Assembly: GCA_964291315.2 (NCBI GenBank)
Contig: OZ219753.1
Coordinates: 2,304,001-2,368,000 of the forward strand
DNA: 64,000 bases
Source of the DNA: Candidatus Poribacteria bacterium
Lineage (GTDB): Bacteria; Poribacteria; WGA-4E; WGA-3G
Direction of reading: 5' to 3'
In this document: positions 50,201-57,744 of the stretch, piece after piece
Layout of the letters: each line of letters begins with the position of its first letter
How positions within the stretch are numbered: the stretch's first letter is position 1
Notes under the pieces: generated by a model
Seen by the model: only the letters and a program-made list of their open reading frames with translations
Told to the model about the DNA's origin: nothing
Database searches by the model: none
Made by a program: the position numbers and the translations under genes

Positions 50201-50273
50201 GGCGCGACTCACTGATCTCGCAGGATTCGAACCCGGGGTCAAGTACCACCTCGGACTCGGACAAGCTTTTTAA
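47235..50273 (+). CDS. Omp85/BamA-TamA-type outer membrane protein with an N-terminal HExxH peptidase-like domain and PD40 beta-propeller
   Basis: QGFGKNK, HELIH...WFIEGMADY, WAPSG/WAPDG/WHPT repeats, LGGIDTIRGY (VRGF-like motif), terminal Phe. Confidence 0.85.
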   Translation: MSGEKKEQIQNRQLAARYLLFVACYLLFVISCASWAQGFGKNKITGQRFEWHIHRTEHFDIHYYPSAAKLVPIMAAIAEQAYEQHSSDFEHELQDRTPLILYKSHKDFQETNIILQELHEGIGGFAEIFKHRIVIPFTGSLEAFREVIFHELIHIFQYDIIYQKPHARIYSGEFLYSAPIWFIEGMADYFAEDNDAIGEMVIRDASMNNNIVPLPQLHNFNRLRSPFVGYKLGQLAVAYLTETYGREKIAEILQGLRQSRTKDINQVFIEVLGVKLEEFDKAWRQTVRKRYWPLIEHRELPDLVAKNLTEKSKYSHNIKPVWAPSGDIIAYVTGNEGFLEIVLMSAKTGERIKRITKRFFREKYEEIRTDFGGFGRSLAWAPDGDRIAFIAKYHDANYLLEVNILTEELTQYFELNFDNATSPDYDGSGERIIFSALKSGQTDLYTIELLTGEIKRLTFDLFNDTHPSWHPTTGKILYTSERGGKNRLVLMDLNRGTELVLTDNTYNAVSPTWAPGGESILFCSDAKGIYDVYELEIVEKTGTEENANSRKEKPVAQQASSGDSKTEQVASAEGHVEPLKPSLELKLTRLTNIMTGCFNPSLAPDREHLLFSAYQNGKYDICLMDIGKTIKEEIEVSDGPEPSAILTAEGTENYRIAKRKYNTRSSFALDAIFPNFSFGADGILRSTVQIIGSDMLGNHRIGVSVMNQSSYLAPDFIAQYGFLTHRTDIGAMIYNYHEYHILGGIQNRRGILQRITGLGAYLNYPFDRYHRLDFEFSMYSKPFSFNFQTREPLGPYADDRGLLTVGSLAFVGDTTMWREWEPYTGSRYRLQLEQSLPALGSDLALTNLIFDGRRYFGLGRRSTIAARLLLGGNFGPDQSYFYLGGIDTIRGYDYEALVGTRIGLLNLELRIPFIDVLHFGWPVPWTLGGIRGILFADIGGAWSDWQYGPENPFRIFVREKNRLRLDDAKAAVGLGLRLQLGVFSVDFAAARLTDLAGFEPGVKYHLGLGQAF
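47284..47325 (+). repeat. Six tandem heptamers (GYTATTT) inside the signal-peptide coding region
   Basis: gctattt gctattt gtagctt gttattt gctattt gttattt. Confidence 0.75.
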
Positions 50274-50439
50274 CGGTTATCAATTTTCAATAAAAAAGCA
50301 GTTTTGACAGGTGAGTGCATGGATAATCAACCTATTATGGAGTCTTTCAAAGCTCAGTTTTGAACAGCAAAACAGCTACACATACACACTTAACTAACAG
50401 CCAACCACTGACAACTGACAATTCTTAAGAAGGAGAAAT

Positions 50440-53400
50440 ATGGATTCACGAACCAAACGCTTTATTCCCACTGTTATTGTCCTTGCACTTATCGGAGCGC
50501 TAGTTGCTATTTGGGTTAACCTGTACCCTGACTTCCTGTGGTTTCAGGTAGTGGACTATTGGAGCATTTACACTAAAATTCTCACGACGAAAATCGGGGT
50601 CGGTGCAGTTGTTGGGGGCTGTTATTTAGCGATTCTCCTAACCAATCTTGCCATCATCTACCGATTCACGCCAGCGCATCTCAGCCCCGCATTTATGGGA
50701 GGTGCAGACTTCACAGGCGGTGCAATAGACAATCCGGGCGCTACGCGAAATCTAATTTATGGCGGACTCGCCCTTCTTGCTGTGCTCTTTAGCACCTTGA
50801 TGGGATACGCAGCCAGTGACCGATGGGAGATCTACCTACGTTTTACCAATGCAGATGAACTCACTTTCCCCGCTGCTACATCTATTGTCGTAGACGGGAG
50901 TCTTAACTCCAATGAAGTGCCAGTGGCACAATCGGAGCTCCGAGGAAAAAATATAAGAGCGGGCGATCTTGTAAACGTCCACATTGATGGAGCAAGTCAA
51001 GAGGCACATGTTGAGGCGGTGATGGAGAATGCTATTCGATTGAGTACGCCTGTTCAAATAGAATCCGGACAAAAGGCGTTTCTCACCTCGCCTGCACGCG
51101 ATCCAATTTTCAAAAAGGATGTTTCCTACTACGTCTTCAAAATGCCGATGTGGCGATATATCTGTGGGACCCTTTTCGGCCTTTTCTTGTTGGTTACCAT
51201 TTTCTCAACCGTCATCTACTTTTTCCACGGATTAATCACCGGTGATACCAGTCAATTTCGATTCTGCCCGCCTTTCAATGTGAAGGCACATCTGTTCACG
51301 CTCGTCGGGATAACGCTCCTCTGCCGGGCATGGAACTACGAATTCGCTATGTACGACTTGTTGTACACCTCAAACAACCTCGTACGCGGCGGTGGCGGAT
51401 ACGCCGCTATACAAGCACGGCTCCCTATATTGTGGATTATGCTCTGTATTACGATTATCTGCGCACTAGTTTTTATTGTGAGTATCTTCCTCAAGCGTAA
51501 CACCTTCGCATTCGGTGCCTTCATCGTTTTTCTCATCGCTGGTTTCCTCGGACAAGCCTATCCGGTCGCTATACAAAGGTGGCAAGTTGAACCCAGAAAA
51601 CAGGTATTAGAGGCAGATTATATAGACTATAATATTAAAGCGACACTCCAAGCGTACGGTTTGGCTGACAACACCGTGACCGAAGAAGAGTACCCGCTGA
51701 CCGAACAGCTCAGCTATGAGGACATAAGGAGTCCAGAGAACGCTCCGGTCTTTAATAGCATCCGCCTCTGGGATTGGCGGCCTTTGCGCAGAACTTTCCG
51801 TCAACTCCAAGAATTAAGATCGCAGTACGACTTTAACGACGTTGACATCGATCGCTATGTCGTTGATGGCGAAATTCGACAGGTGATGCTTTCTGGACGC
51901 GAACTCAATATCAACGAACTCCCAGTTGAGATCAGGAATGATTGGTATAAGCAGACATATACATATACGCACGGATACGGTGCAGTCGTGAGTCCTGTCA
52001 ATGAAATAGATAACGGGAAGCCGAACATGTACATTCAAGGGTTACCGCCTATTGACTATAGCGAACAGTGGCAGCACCGGTTTAGCGAAACACCGGGGCC
52101 TCGTATCTACTACGGTGAACGGACAAACCGTTACATTATCGTGCACCCTAATCGCACCCCGGGGCTTGAGTTCGATTACCCACAAGAGGGACAGCAGTAT
52201 GCCGAATACGCCTATAGCGGGCAAGGCGGGGTTCAGTTAAACTCCTTCTGGCGGAAACTGGTGTACATGCTCAAATTTGACAATGAAATTAACTTCGTCT
52301 TGCCGGGTGAAATTTCGTCCACAAGCAAAATCCTCTACGATCGAAATATTAAAAAACGCGTACAGAAAATCGTTCCGTTCTTGCGATATGATGACGATCC
52401 TTACATCGTTATTCATAACGGGCGACTTGTCTGGATAATTGATGCCTATACCATTACGCATCGCTACCCGTACTCCGTTTCTATGGAAGAATTCGTCGAC
52501 GAAAGAAGACGACGGATCGCAAATACGCGGCGAAATAGTGAACCTTGGGGCAACTACATCCGAAATTCCGTTAAAGTAGTCGTTGATGCTTACGACGGAA
52601 AGGTCGATTTTTACGTTATGGAGCGAGAGCGGGACCCTATTGTAGAGTGTTACCGTAAGATCTTCCCGGGCCTTTTCAAACCCTTTGCAGAGATGCCGGA
52701 CGAACTCAAAACACATATCCGGTACCCGACCTCTATGTTCTTCATCCAAGCCCGCATCTATCAGGATTATCACATGAAGGATCCGATAACGTTTTATGCA
52801 GGCGAGGATAAGTGGGAGATCGGCAGGGAACTTTATGACAATACGGATGCACAGACACGGCAGGTTGCGACTCCACAACAGAGAAACCCGTTCGCGCCAC
52901 AACAAGTCCCTCGAAACTCCGGGGTTAATAGTCAACTCGTTAAGCCTTACTATGTTGTCATTAGGCTGCCCGGGGAAGAAAAAGCGGAATTCATGTTGAT
53001 GTTGCCTTTCACACCGCTCAATAAGCCCAATCTTACCGCATGGCTTGCCGCTCGGTGCGATCTACCGCAATACGGACAACTCCTAGTCTATCGTTTCCCG
53101 AAAGGTAAACAGGTAGCCGGCCCCATGCAAGTTGAGAACTTTATTAGTCAAGAACCCGAAATTTCGCAACAGATTAGTCTCTGGAATACACAGGGATCTC
53201 GTGTCTTACGGGGCAACTTATTGATCCTTCCGATGAATAACTCCCTACTTTACGTTGAACCTATCTATATTCAGTCCGAAGACGAAAAAACCGCTATCCC
53301 CGAATTGCGGCGAGTCGTCATCGGATATGGTAATGAGGTCGTCTGGGGCGAAAGTCTTGATGAAGCTCTCGTCAAGATGTTCGGACGCGGAACATCCGAG

Positions 53401-53607
53401 CAAACAACGACTACCGCGACAACAACGGTTGAAACCGCAACTGACCCCGGTACAAATCAAACGCCACTGAGAAGTCTCATTCAACAAGCAAGCCGCCATT
53501 TCAATCAAGCCCAAGAGGCACAACGCACTGGCGATTGGACAGGATATGGGCAGTCACTTCAACTTTTAGAGGAGACTTTGCGTCAACTTGAAAGAACTAC
53601 ACAATAA
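50440..53607 (+). CDS. UPF0182 family membrane protein
   Basis: DPIFKKDVSYYVF, IRLWD, DVDIDRY, YTHGYG, PRIYYGE, NYIRNSVK, GNLLILP, LYVEPIY, PELRRV. Confidence 0.95.
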   Translation: MDSRTKRFIPTVIVLALIGALVAIWVNLYPDFLWFQVVDYWSIYTKILTTKIGVGAVVGGCYLAILLTNLAIIYRFTPAHLSPAFMGGADFTGGAIDNPGATRNLIYGGLALLAVLFSTLMGYAASDRWEIYLRFTNADELTFPAATSIVVDGSLNSNEVPVAQSELRGKNIRAGDLVNVHIDGASQEAHVEAVMENAIRLSTPVQIESGQKAFLTSPARDPIFKKDVSYYVFKMPMWRYICGTLFGLFLLVTIFSTVIYFFHGLITGDTSQFRFCPPFNVKAHLFTLVGITLLCRAWNYEFAMYDLLYTSNNLVRGGGGYAAIQARLPILWIMLCITIICALVFIVSIFLKRNTFAFGAFIVFLIAGFLGQAYPVAIQRWQVEPRKQVLEADYIDYNIKATLQAYGLADNTVTEEEYPLTEQLSYEDIRSPENAPVFNSIRLWDWRPLRRTFRQLQELRSQYDFNDVDIDRYVVDGEIRQVMLSGRELNINELPVEIRNDWYKQTYTYTHGYGAVVSPVNEIDNGKPNMYIQGLPPIDYSEQWQHRFSETPGPRIYYGERTNRYIIVHPNRTPGLEFDYPQEGQQYAEYAYSGQGGVQLNSFWRKLVYMLKFDNEINFVLPGEISSTSKILYDRNIKKRVQKIVPFLRYDDDPYIVIHNGRLVWIIDAYTITHRYPYSVSMEEFVDERRRRIANTRRNSEPWGNYIRNSVKVVVDAYDGKVDFYVMERERDPIVECYRKIFPGLFKPFAEMPDELKTHIRYPTSMFFIQARIYQDYHMKDPITFYAGEDKWEIGRELYDNTDAQTRQVATPQQRNPFAPQQVPRNSGVNSQLVKPYYVVIRLPGEEKAEFMLMLPFTPLNKPNLTAWLAARCDLPQYGQLLVYRFPKGKQVAGPMQVENFISQEPEISQQISLWNTQGSRVLRGNLLILPMNNSLLYVEPIYIQSEDEKTAIPELRRVVIGYGNEVVWGESLDEALVKMFGRGTSEQTTTTATTTVETATDPGTNQTPLRSLIQQASRHFNQAQEAQRTGDWTGYGQSLQLLEETLRQLERTTQ

Positions 53608-53703
53608 GACAACTATTGACAAGCGATTAAAACGTTTGGCTTATACAAACCAGCTCTTAACCGATGACTCACACCTAATATGCCGCTAAAGGAGGTGAAA
53701 CAA

Positions 53704-53949
53704 ATGGCTCTTGATTGGAAACCACGGCACCGAGACATAATTATTGGAAATATCCCATGGTTAGCTAGAATTACCGATAAAGCCAATGCCAAACTGCAAG
53801 GCATTATCGGTGACTATATCTACCCGTGACCACAGGATAAGTTGTTCCTGGAGGAACACAAGATAAGTGCTGAGGCGTTCGTCGAAATGGTACGGAACAA
53901 TCCGTCAGACGATGAAATGATAGCCGCTATGAAGAAATTGGATCGTTAG
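53704..53949 (+). CDS. DUF5069-like protein, candidate selenoprotein (TGA at codon 42 read as Sec), 81 aa
   Basis: Perfect SD AAGGAGGTGA; MALDWKPRHRDIIIGNIPWLARITDKANAKLQGIIGDYIYP-[TGA]-PQDKLFLEEHKISAEAFVEMVRNNPSDDEMIAAMKKLDR*; family-like sequence on both sides of the TGA. Confidence 0.75.
53841..53859 (+). promoter_or_regulatory. Candidate bacterial SECIS hairpin
   Basis: G-(U bulge)-UGUUCC-UGGA-GGAACA-C; the loop starts 20 nt after the UGA and has G at its second position. Confidence 0.6.
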
Positions 53950-54117
53950 GGAAAGAGTTCGCAGCCATCAGCAGTCAGTAGATCGTTGTGGAGATAGCGA
54001 TCATTTTCTCCTGCTACCTGCTCTTTATTAAAAGTGTGGGGAGCCGTTGTGTCTCATTTTTTACCACAAACCGATTCTTCTGATTGCTGATAACTAATAA
54101 CACGGAGACCTATTTCT

Positions 54118-55185
54118 TTGGAACTGACAAAGTACCGTGATCAAATTAACGAGATTGACGACCAGATTTTACATCTTCTACAGAACCGAGCAGAAATTTC
54201 CAAACAGGTCGGTGCAGTAAAAGCAGAAACAGGTGTTGCTAGCGTTTACGTTCCACATCGACACAAGCAGGTCATTGAACGCTTGAAGGTGAAAAATCAA
54301 AACCTATTCCCGGAAGGTGCGTTGGAGGCGATCTGGAGAGAAATTTTATCTGCCTCTCGTTCTTTGCAGGAACCCGAACGGGTTGCTTTTCTCGGGCCCG
54401 TGGGTAGTTTTGGACACTTAGCAGCCCTATGTCATTTCGGTGCCTCGACAGAGCTTATTCCGGTCCGTCCACAGACAGACATCTTTACTGAAGTTGAGTC
54501 TGGCAGAACCGACTATGGTGTGGTGGCTATCCAGAATTCTCTGCATGGCACTGTTCGTGATGTTCTCGAATGTTTTCAACGTACACCTTTATCGATTTGT
54601 GCAGAGGCGTTCCAGCCGATAAGACAGCACCTCTTATCAAAGTCGCCGATCACGGAAATCCGACGTATCTACTCACACCCGCAACCTTTCGCGCAGTGTA
54701 AGACCTGGCTGCAGCGGTATCTCACTAACGCTGAGCAGGTCGAGGTCGTCAGCACGTCTGAGGCAGCAGAACGGGCTGCAGCAGAACCAGCCGCTGCTGC
54801 AATTGCAAGTGAGCTTGCAAGCGAAATTTATCAGATTCCGATCATCGCAAATTCCATTATGGATGAATCTGATAACACAACCCGTTTTTTTATCATCGGA
54901 AAACACCAACCCGACTCAAGCGGGTACGATCGAACTTCGCTCTTCTGTGCCATTCCTGACAAGGTTGGGGCACTACACCAGGCCCTCGGTATATTAGAGG
55001 AAACAGGGTTGAATCTCAGTTATCTGGAATCTTTGCCATCCCGAACCAAACCTTGGGAGTACATCTTCTTTGTTGAAATGGAGGGCCATATCGCCGACGA
55101 CCGCGTCGGCGGGGCTCTTAATCGACTCGAAGCATTGTGCCGCGAAGTTAAGGTTCTCGGATCTTACCCACGCGGTACTCAGTAA
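54118..55185 (+). CDS. pheA: Chorismate mutase / prephenate dehydratase
   Basis: RDQINEIDDQI CM domain, FLGP, SHPQPFAQC, NTTRF, ACT domain with ESLP. Confidence 0.95.
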   Translation: MELTKYRDQINEIDDQILHLLQNRAEISKQVGAVKAETGVASVYVPHRHKQVIERLKVKNQNLFPEGALEAIWREILSASRSLQEPERVAFLGPVGSFGHLAALCHFGASTELIPVRPQTDIFTEVESGRTDYGVVAIQNSLHGTVRDVLECFQRTPLSICAEAFQPIRQHLLSKSPITEIRRIYSHPQPFAQCKTWLQRYLTNAEQVEVVSTSEAAERAAAEPAAAAIASELASEIYQIPIIANSIMDESDNTTRFFIIGKHQPDSSGYDRTSLFCAIPDKVGALHQALGILEETGLNLSYLESLPSRTKPWEYIFFVEMEGHIADDRVGGALNRLEALCREVKVLGSYPRGTQ

Positions 55186-56345
55186 TGCTAACATTAACCG
55201 ATCAAATTCGGGCACAAGCACACAAATTGGGGTTCGAACGCGTTGGCATCATACCTGCAACGCACAGCGAAACGATCGCACGATACCGACAATGGTTGGA
55301 AAAAGGATATGCCGGGCAGATGCACTATCTTGAGAAGCATCTGCCCCTCAAAGCAGATGTGCGCGAACTTCTCGCAGAGGCAAAATCTGTTATTAGCCTC
55401 GCGATGAACTATTATACACTCGACCCCCCAAAGCCACTTGCAACAGATCCAGGGCGCGGCCAGATTTCCCGATATGCATGGGGCGATGACTATCATGAAC
55501 TTATCCGCCAACGGCTTTCGGAGCTTACCGAATTTATTAAACAGACAGCTGAAGGTGAATTGAAAACCCGAATCTGTGTCGATACCGCTCCGATTATCGA
55601 AAGGGAATATGCCCAAAAATCAGGTATCGGTTGGATCGGTAAGAACACCAATTTAATTCATTGGCGTTCCGGCTCGTGGTATTTTCTCTCCGAGATTCTT
55701 GTGAATTTCGCTTTGGAATCCGAGGTGTCCGCCCCGCGTGGAAGTTGCGGCACTTGCACACGCTGTATTGAAGAATGTCCAACGGGGGCGATCATCGAAC
55801 CAAATCTCTTGGATTCCCGCCTCTGCATCTCTTATCTCACAATTGAGCTCAAGGAGAGTATCCCGAAGCAGCTGCGTCCTAAAATCGGGAACTTAATTTT
55901 TGGCTGCGACATTTGTCAAGAGGTTTGTCCCTGGAATAGGAGAGCCGTCCCAACAGCCGAACCAGCATTCCACCCGCGCGACGGGAACCTCGGACCTAAA
56001 TTGCTGTCGCTGATTGGCATGACCCAGCAGGAATTTAGCAGGCGGTTTAAAGGGAGCCCGATCAAACGCGCGAAACGCCGTGGTTTTTTACGCAACGTCC
56101 TTGTTGCAATCGGTAATTGGCGGGATCGGCGTGCGCTGCCCGCACTCAAAAGCGCATTGCGGGATGACGAACCTCTCATCCGAAGCCATGCCGCATGGGC
56201 ATTGGGCAGAATCGGCTGTAAAACGGCTAAACAAATATTAAAGCGAAGATTGACTATTGAAACTGAAATAGAAGTGATTACTGAAATACGAGACGCACTT
56301 TTTGAAATAGAGCGATCAGTCAAGAAAAGCGAGAGAAGTGCCTAA
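55185..56345 (+). CDS. queG: tRNA epoxyqueuosine reductase
   Basis: SRYAWGDDYH, VDTAP, GWIGKN, CGTCTRCIEECPT, CISYLTIE, GCDICQEVCPWN, HEAT repeat. Confidence 0.95.
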   Translation: MLTLTDQIRAQAHKLGFERVGIIPATHSETIARYRQWLEKGYAGQMHYLEKHLPLKADVRELLAEAKSVISLAMNYYTLDPPKPLATDPGRGQISRYAWGDDYHELIRQRLSELTEFIKQTAEGELKTRICVDTAPIIEREYAQKSGIGWIGKNTNLIHWRSGSWYFLSEILVNFALESEVSAPRGSCGTCTRCIEECPTGAIIEPNLLDSRLCISYLTIELKESIPKQLRPKIGNLIFGCDICQEVCPWNRRAVPTAEPAFHPRDGNLGPKLLSLIGMTQQEFSRRFKGSPIKRAKRRGFLRNVLVAIGNWRDRRALPALKSALRDDEPLIRSHAAWALGRIGCKTAKQILKRRLTIETEIEVITEIRDALFEIERSVKKSERSA

Positions 56346-56513
56346 AGCGGCAGCTATTCTATACATCTCTATACATTCACCGCTGCTGATTGTCAGCGCA
56401 CCCACCGCACCGTAATCTTGAAACAGCAAGAGGTCTGCTCTACACAGTCAAACCTTCGCTTATTTTTATGTCCACCGTGTCCACGCGTTGGGTATGACAG
56501 CCCCCTCTCCGCC

Positions 56514-57617
56514 TTATTCTGCACGGATGATGCGCCACGTTTCGGCTTCATTTGCGAAAACCAACGTCAATCTGCCTGAGGTTTGTTCGATTTTTCCGTT
56601 CGCTTTAGGGCTGTATTGTAACGTATACCGGCCGGTTACAATTGCGGTATCATCGGCAATATTTGGGTGAATGTTAATATCTGTCAACGTTATATCAATC
56701 TGATGATGGGCCTCGAAAAACCGGGCCGCCTTTGTTTTCACATCTTCATATGTGCGTCCGTTGGATAAATACATCTCTGAAAAACATGCCATCACCTGTG
56801 CTAGATCCGCCGTGTCATACCCGAGTTCATATTGATTTAAGACGCGCCGGATTATCTCCTTAACCGTGGGTTGAGTTTGCTGTTCAAGCTCTTGGGTTTC
56901 TGTCTGGACGGGACGCGGTGTCGCCGCTGCAGGTATCCCTTGTGCTATCTGCTTCAGGGTGTGCACTTCGGGTGCCGCATACCCCCAGATCTCTAGTTCC
57001 ATCACCCGTGCAACGCCCTCTACTTCATACACCGGGCGGCTGCCTGCCATGTGTTGGTAATTGCGCACCGTGTCGTTTGAGGAGACCGGAACCAGGCGTA
57101 TTTTTCTAGCAATTAAGCGTTCACGGATTGAATGCACCCGCTTACCTTTGGTGTTGTTTCGTGCCGTGTACTGCTTATCCTTCGTATCCCCCGATGGAAT
57201 GAGCCCCCATCCCGTGCCATGCCAGTACTCAATCCGATAGTCTTTCAACCCGAATTGCCGCGCTGGGTATTTCTCCGAGTCAATCGTCCACATCACAATT
57301 TTGCGAATGTCAACCGGTTTAGCAAGTGTCACGGAGATATAAGGGCGTTTATTTAGATCCGACGTGCGTAAGTGTTCTAAGCTGCTACCCCAACCGCTCC
57401 CTTCATCCCAGGTCTCAGAGGTAGTGTCGCCATCAATTATCTCTTCCGGGCGGTGGTTTGGAACAGATTGTGAAGCTTCCGCAGTTGCCCCGTTCCGGAT
57501 CGTCGCGAAATTGGTGAGAGGCAATGGCGGTTTTAAAAGGTGTTCCTGCAAAATTTGTGATTGACAACCCGTTATTGAAAACAAAAGCGTCAGACATAAA
57601 AAATAGACACGAAGCAT
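56514..57617 (-). CDS. Lipoprotein with a discoidin/F5-8-like domain and a C-terminal NTF2/SnoaL-like domain
   Basis: Lipobox ITGC; IIDGD, KDYRIEYW, ARKIRL, ELEIWG; C-terminal WRII. Confidence 0.7.
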   Translation of the reverse strand: MLRVYFLCLTLLFSITGCQSQILQEHLLKPPLPLTNFATIRNGATAEASQSVPNHRPEEIIDGDTTSETWDEGSGWGSSLEHLRTSDLNKRPYISVTLAKPVDIRKIVMWTIDSEKYPARQFGLKDYRIEYWHGTGWGLIPSGDTKDKQYTARNNTKGKRVHSIRERLIARKIRLVPVSSNDTVRNYQHMAGSRPVYEVEGVARVMELEIWGYAAPEVHTLKQIAQGIPAAATPRPVQTETQELEQQTQPTVKEIIRRVLNQYELGYDTADLAQVMACFSEMYLSNGRTYEDVKTKAARFFEAHHQIDITLTDINIHPNIADDTAIVTGRYTLQYSPKANGKIEQTSGRLTLVFANEAETWRIIRAE

Positions 57618-57744
57618 CGTTAACCTCCTTTATCAATGCGCACCTAAATCCAAAAGTATCGCGGAGATATTATCAGCGTAGTTCCGTGATCGTTAGTAAT
57701 AACGCTGTTGGTAAGCGATTTATGTGCGTTTAATCTTATAGTGA

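Noticed and set aside
50219-50240. GCAGGATTCGAACCC, resembling the reverse complement of a tRNA T-arm
   Set aside because: It lies in the last codons of the Omp85 gene, and no cloverleaf could be built around it.
53613-53804. 63-aa minus-strand ORF in the track
   Set aside because: It is the shadow of the plus-strand DUF5069-like gene, which has a perfect SD.
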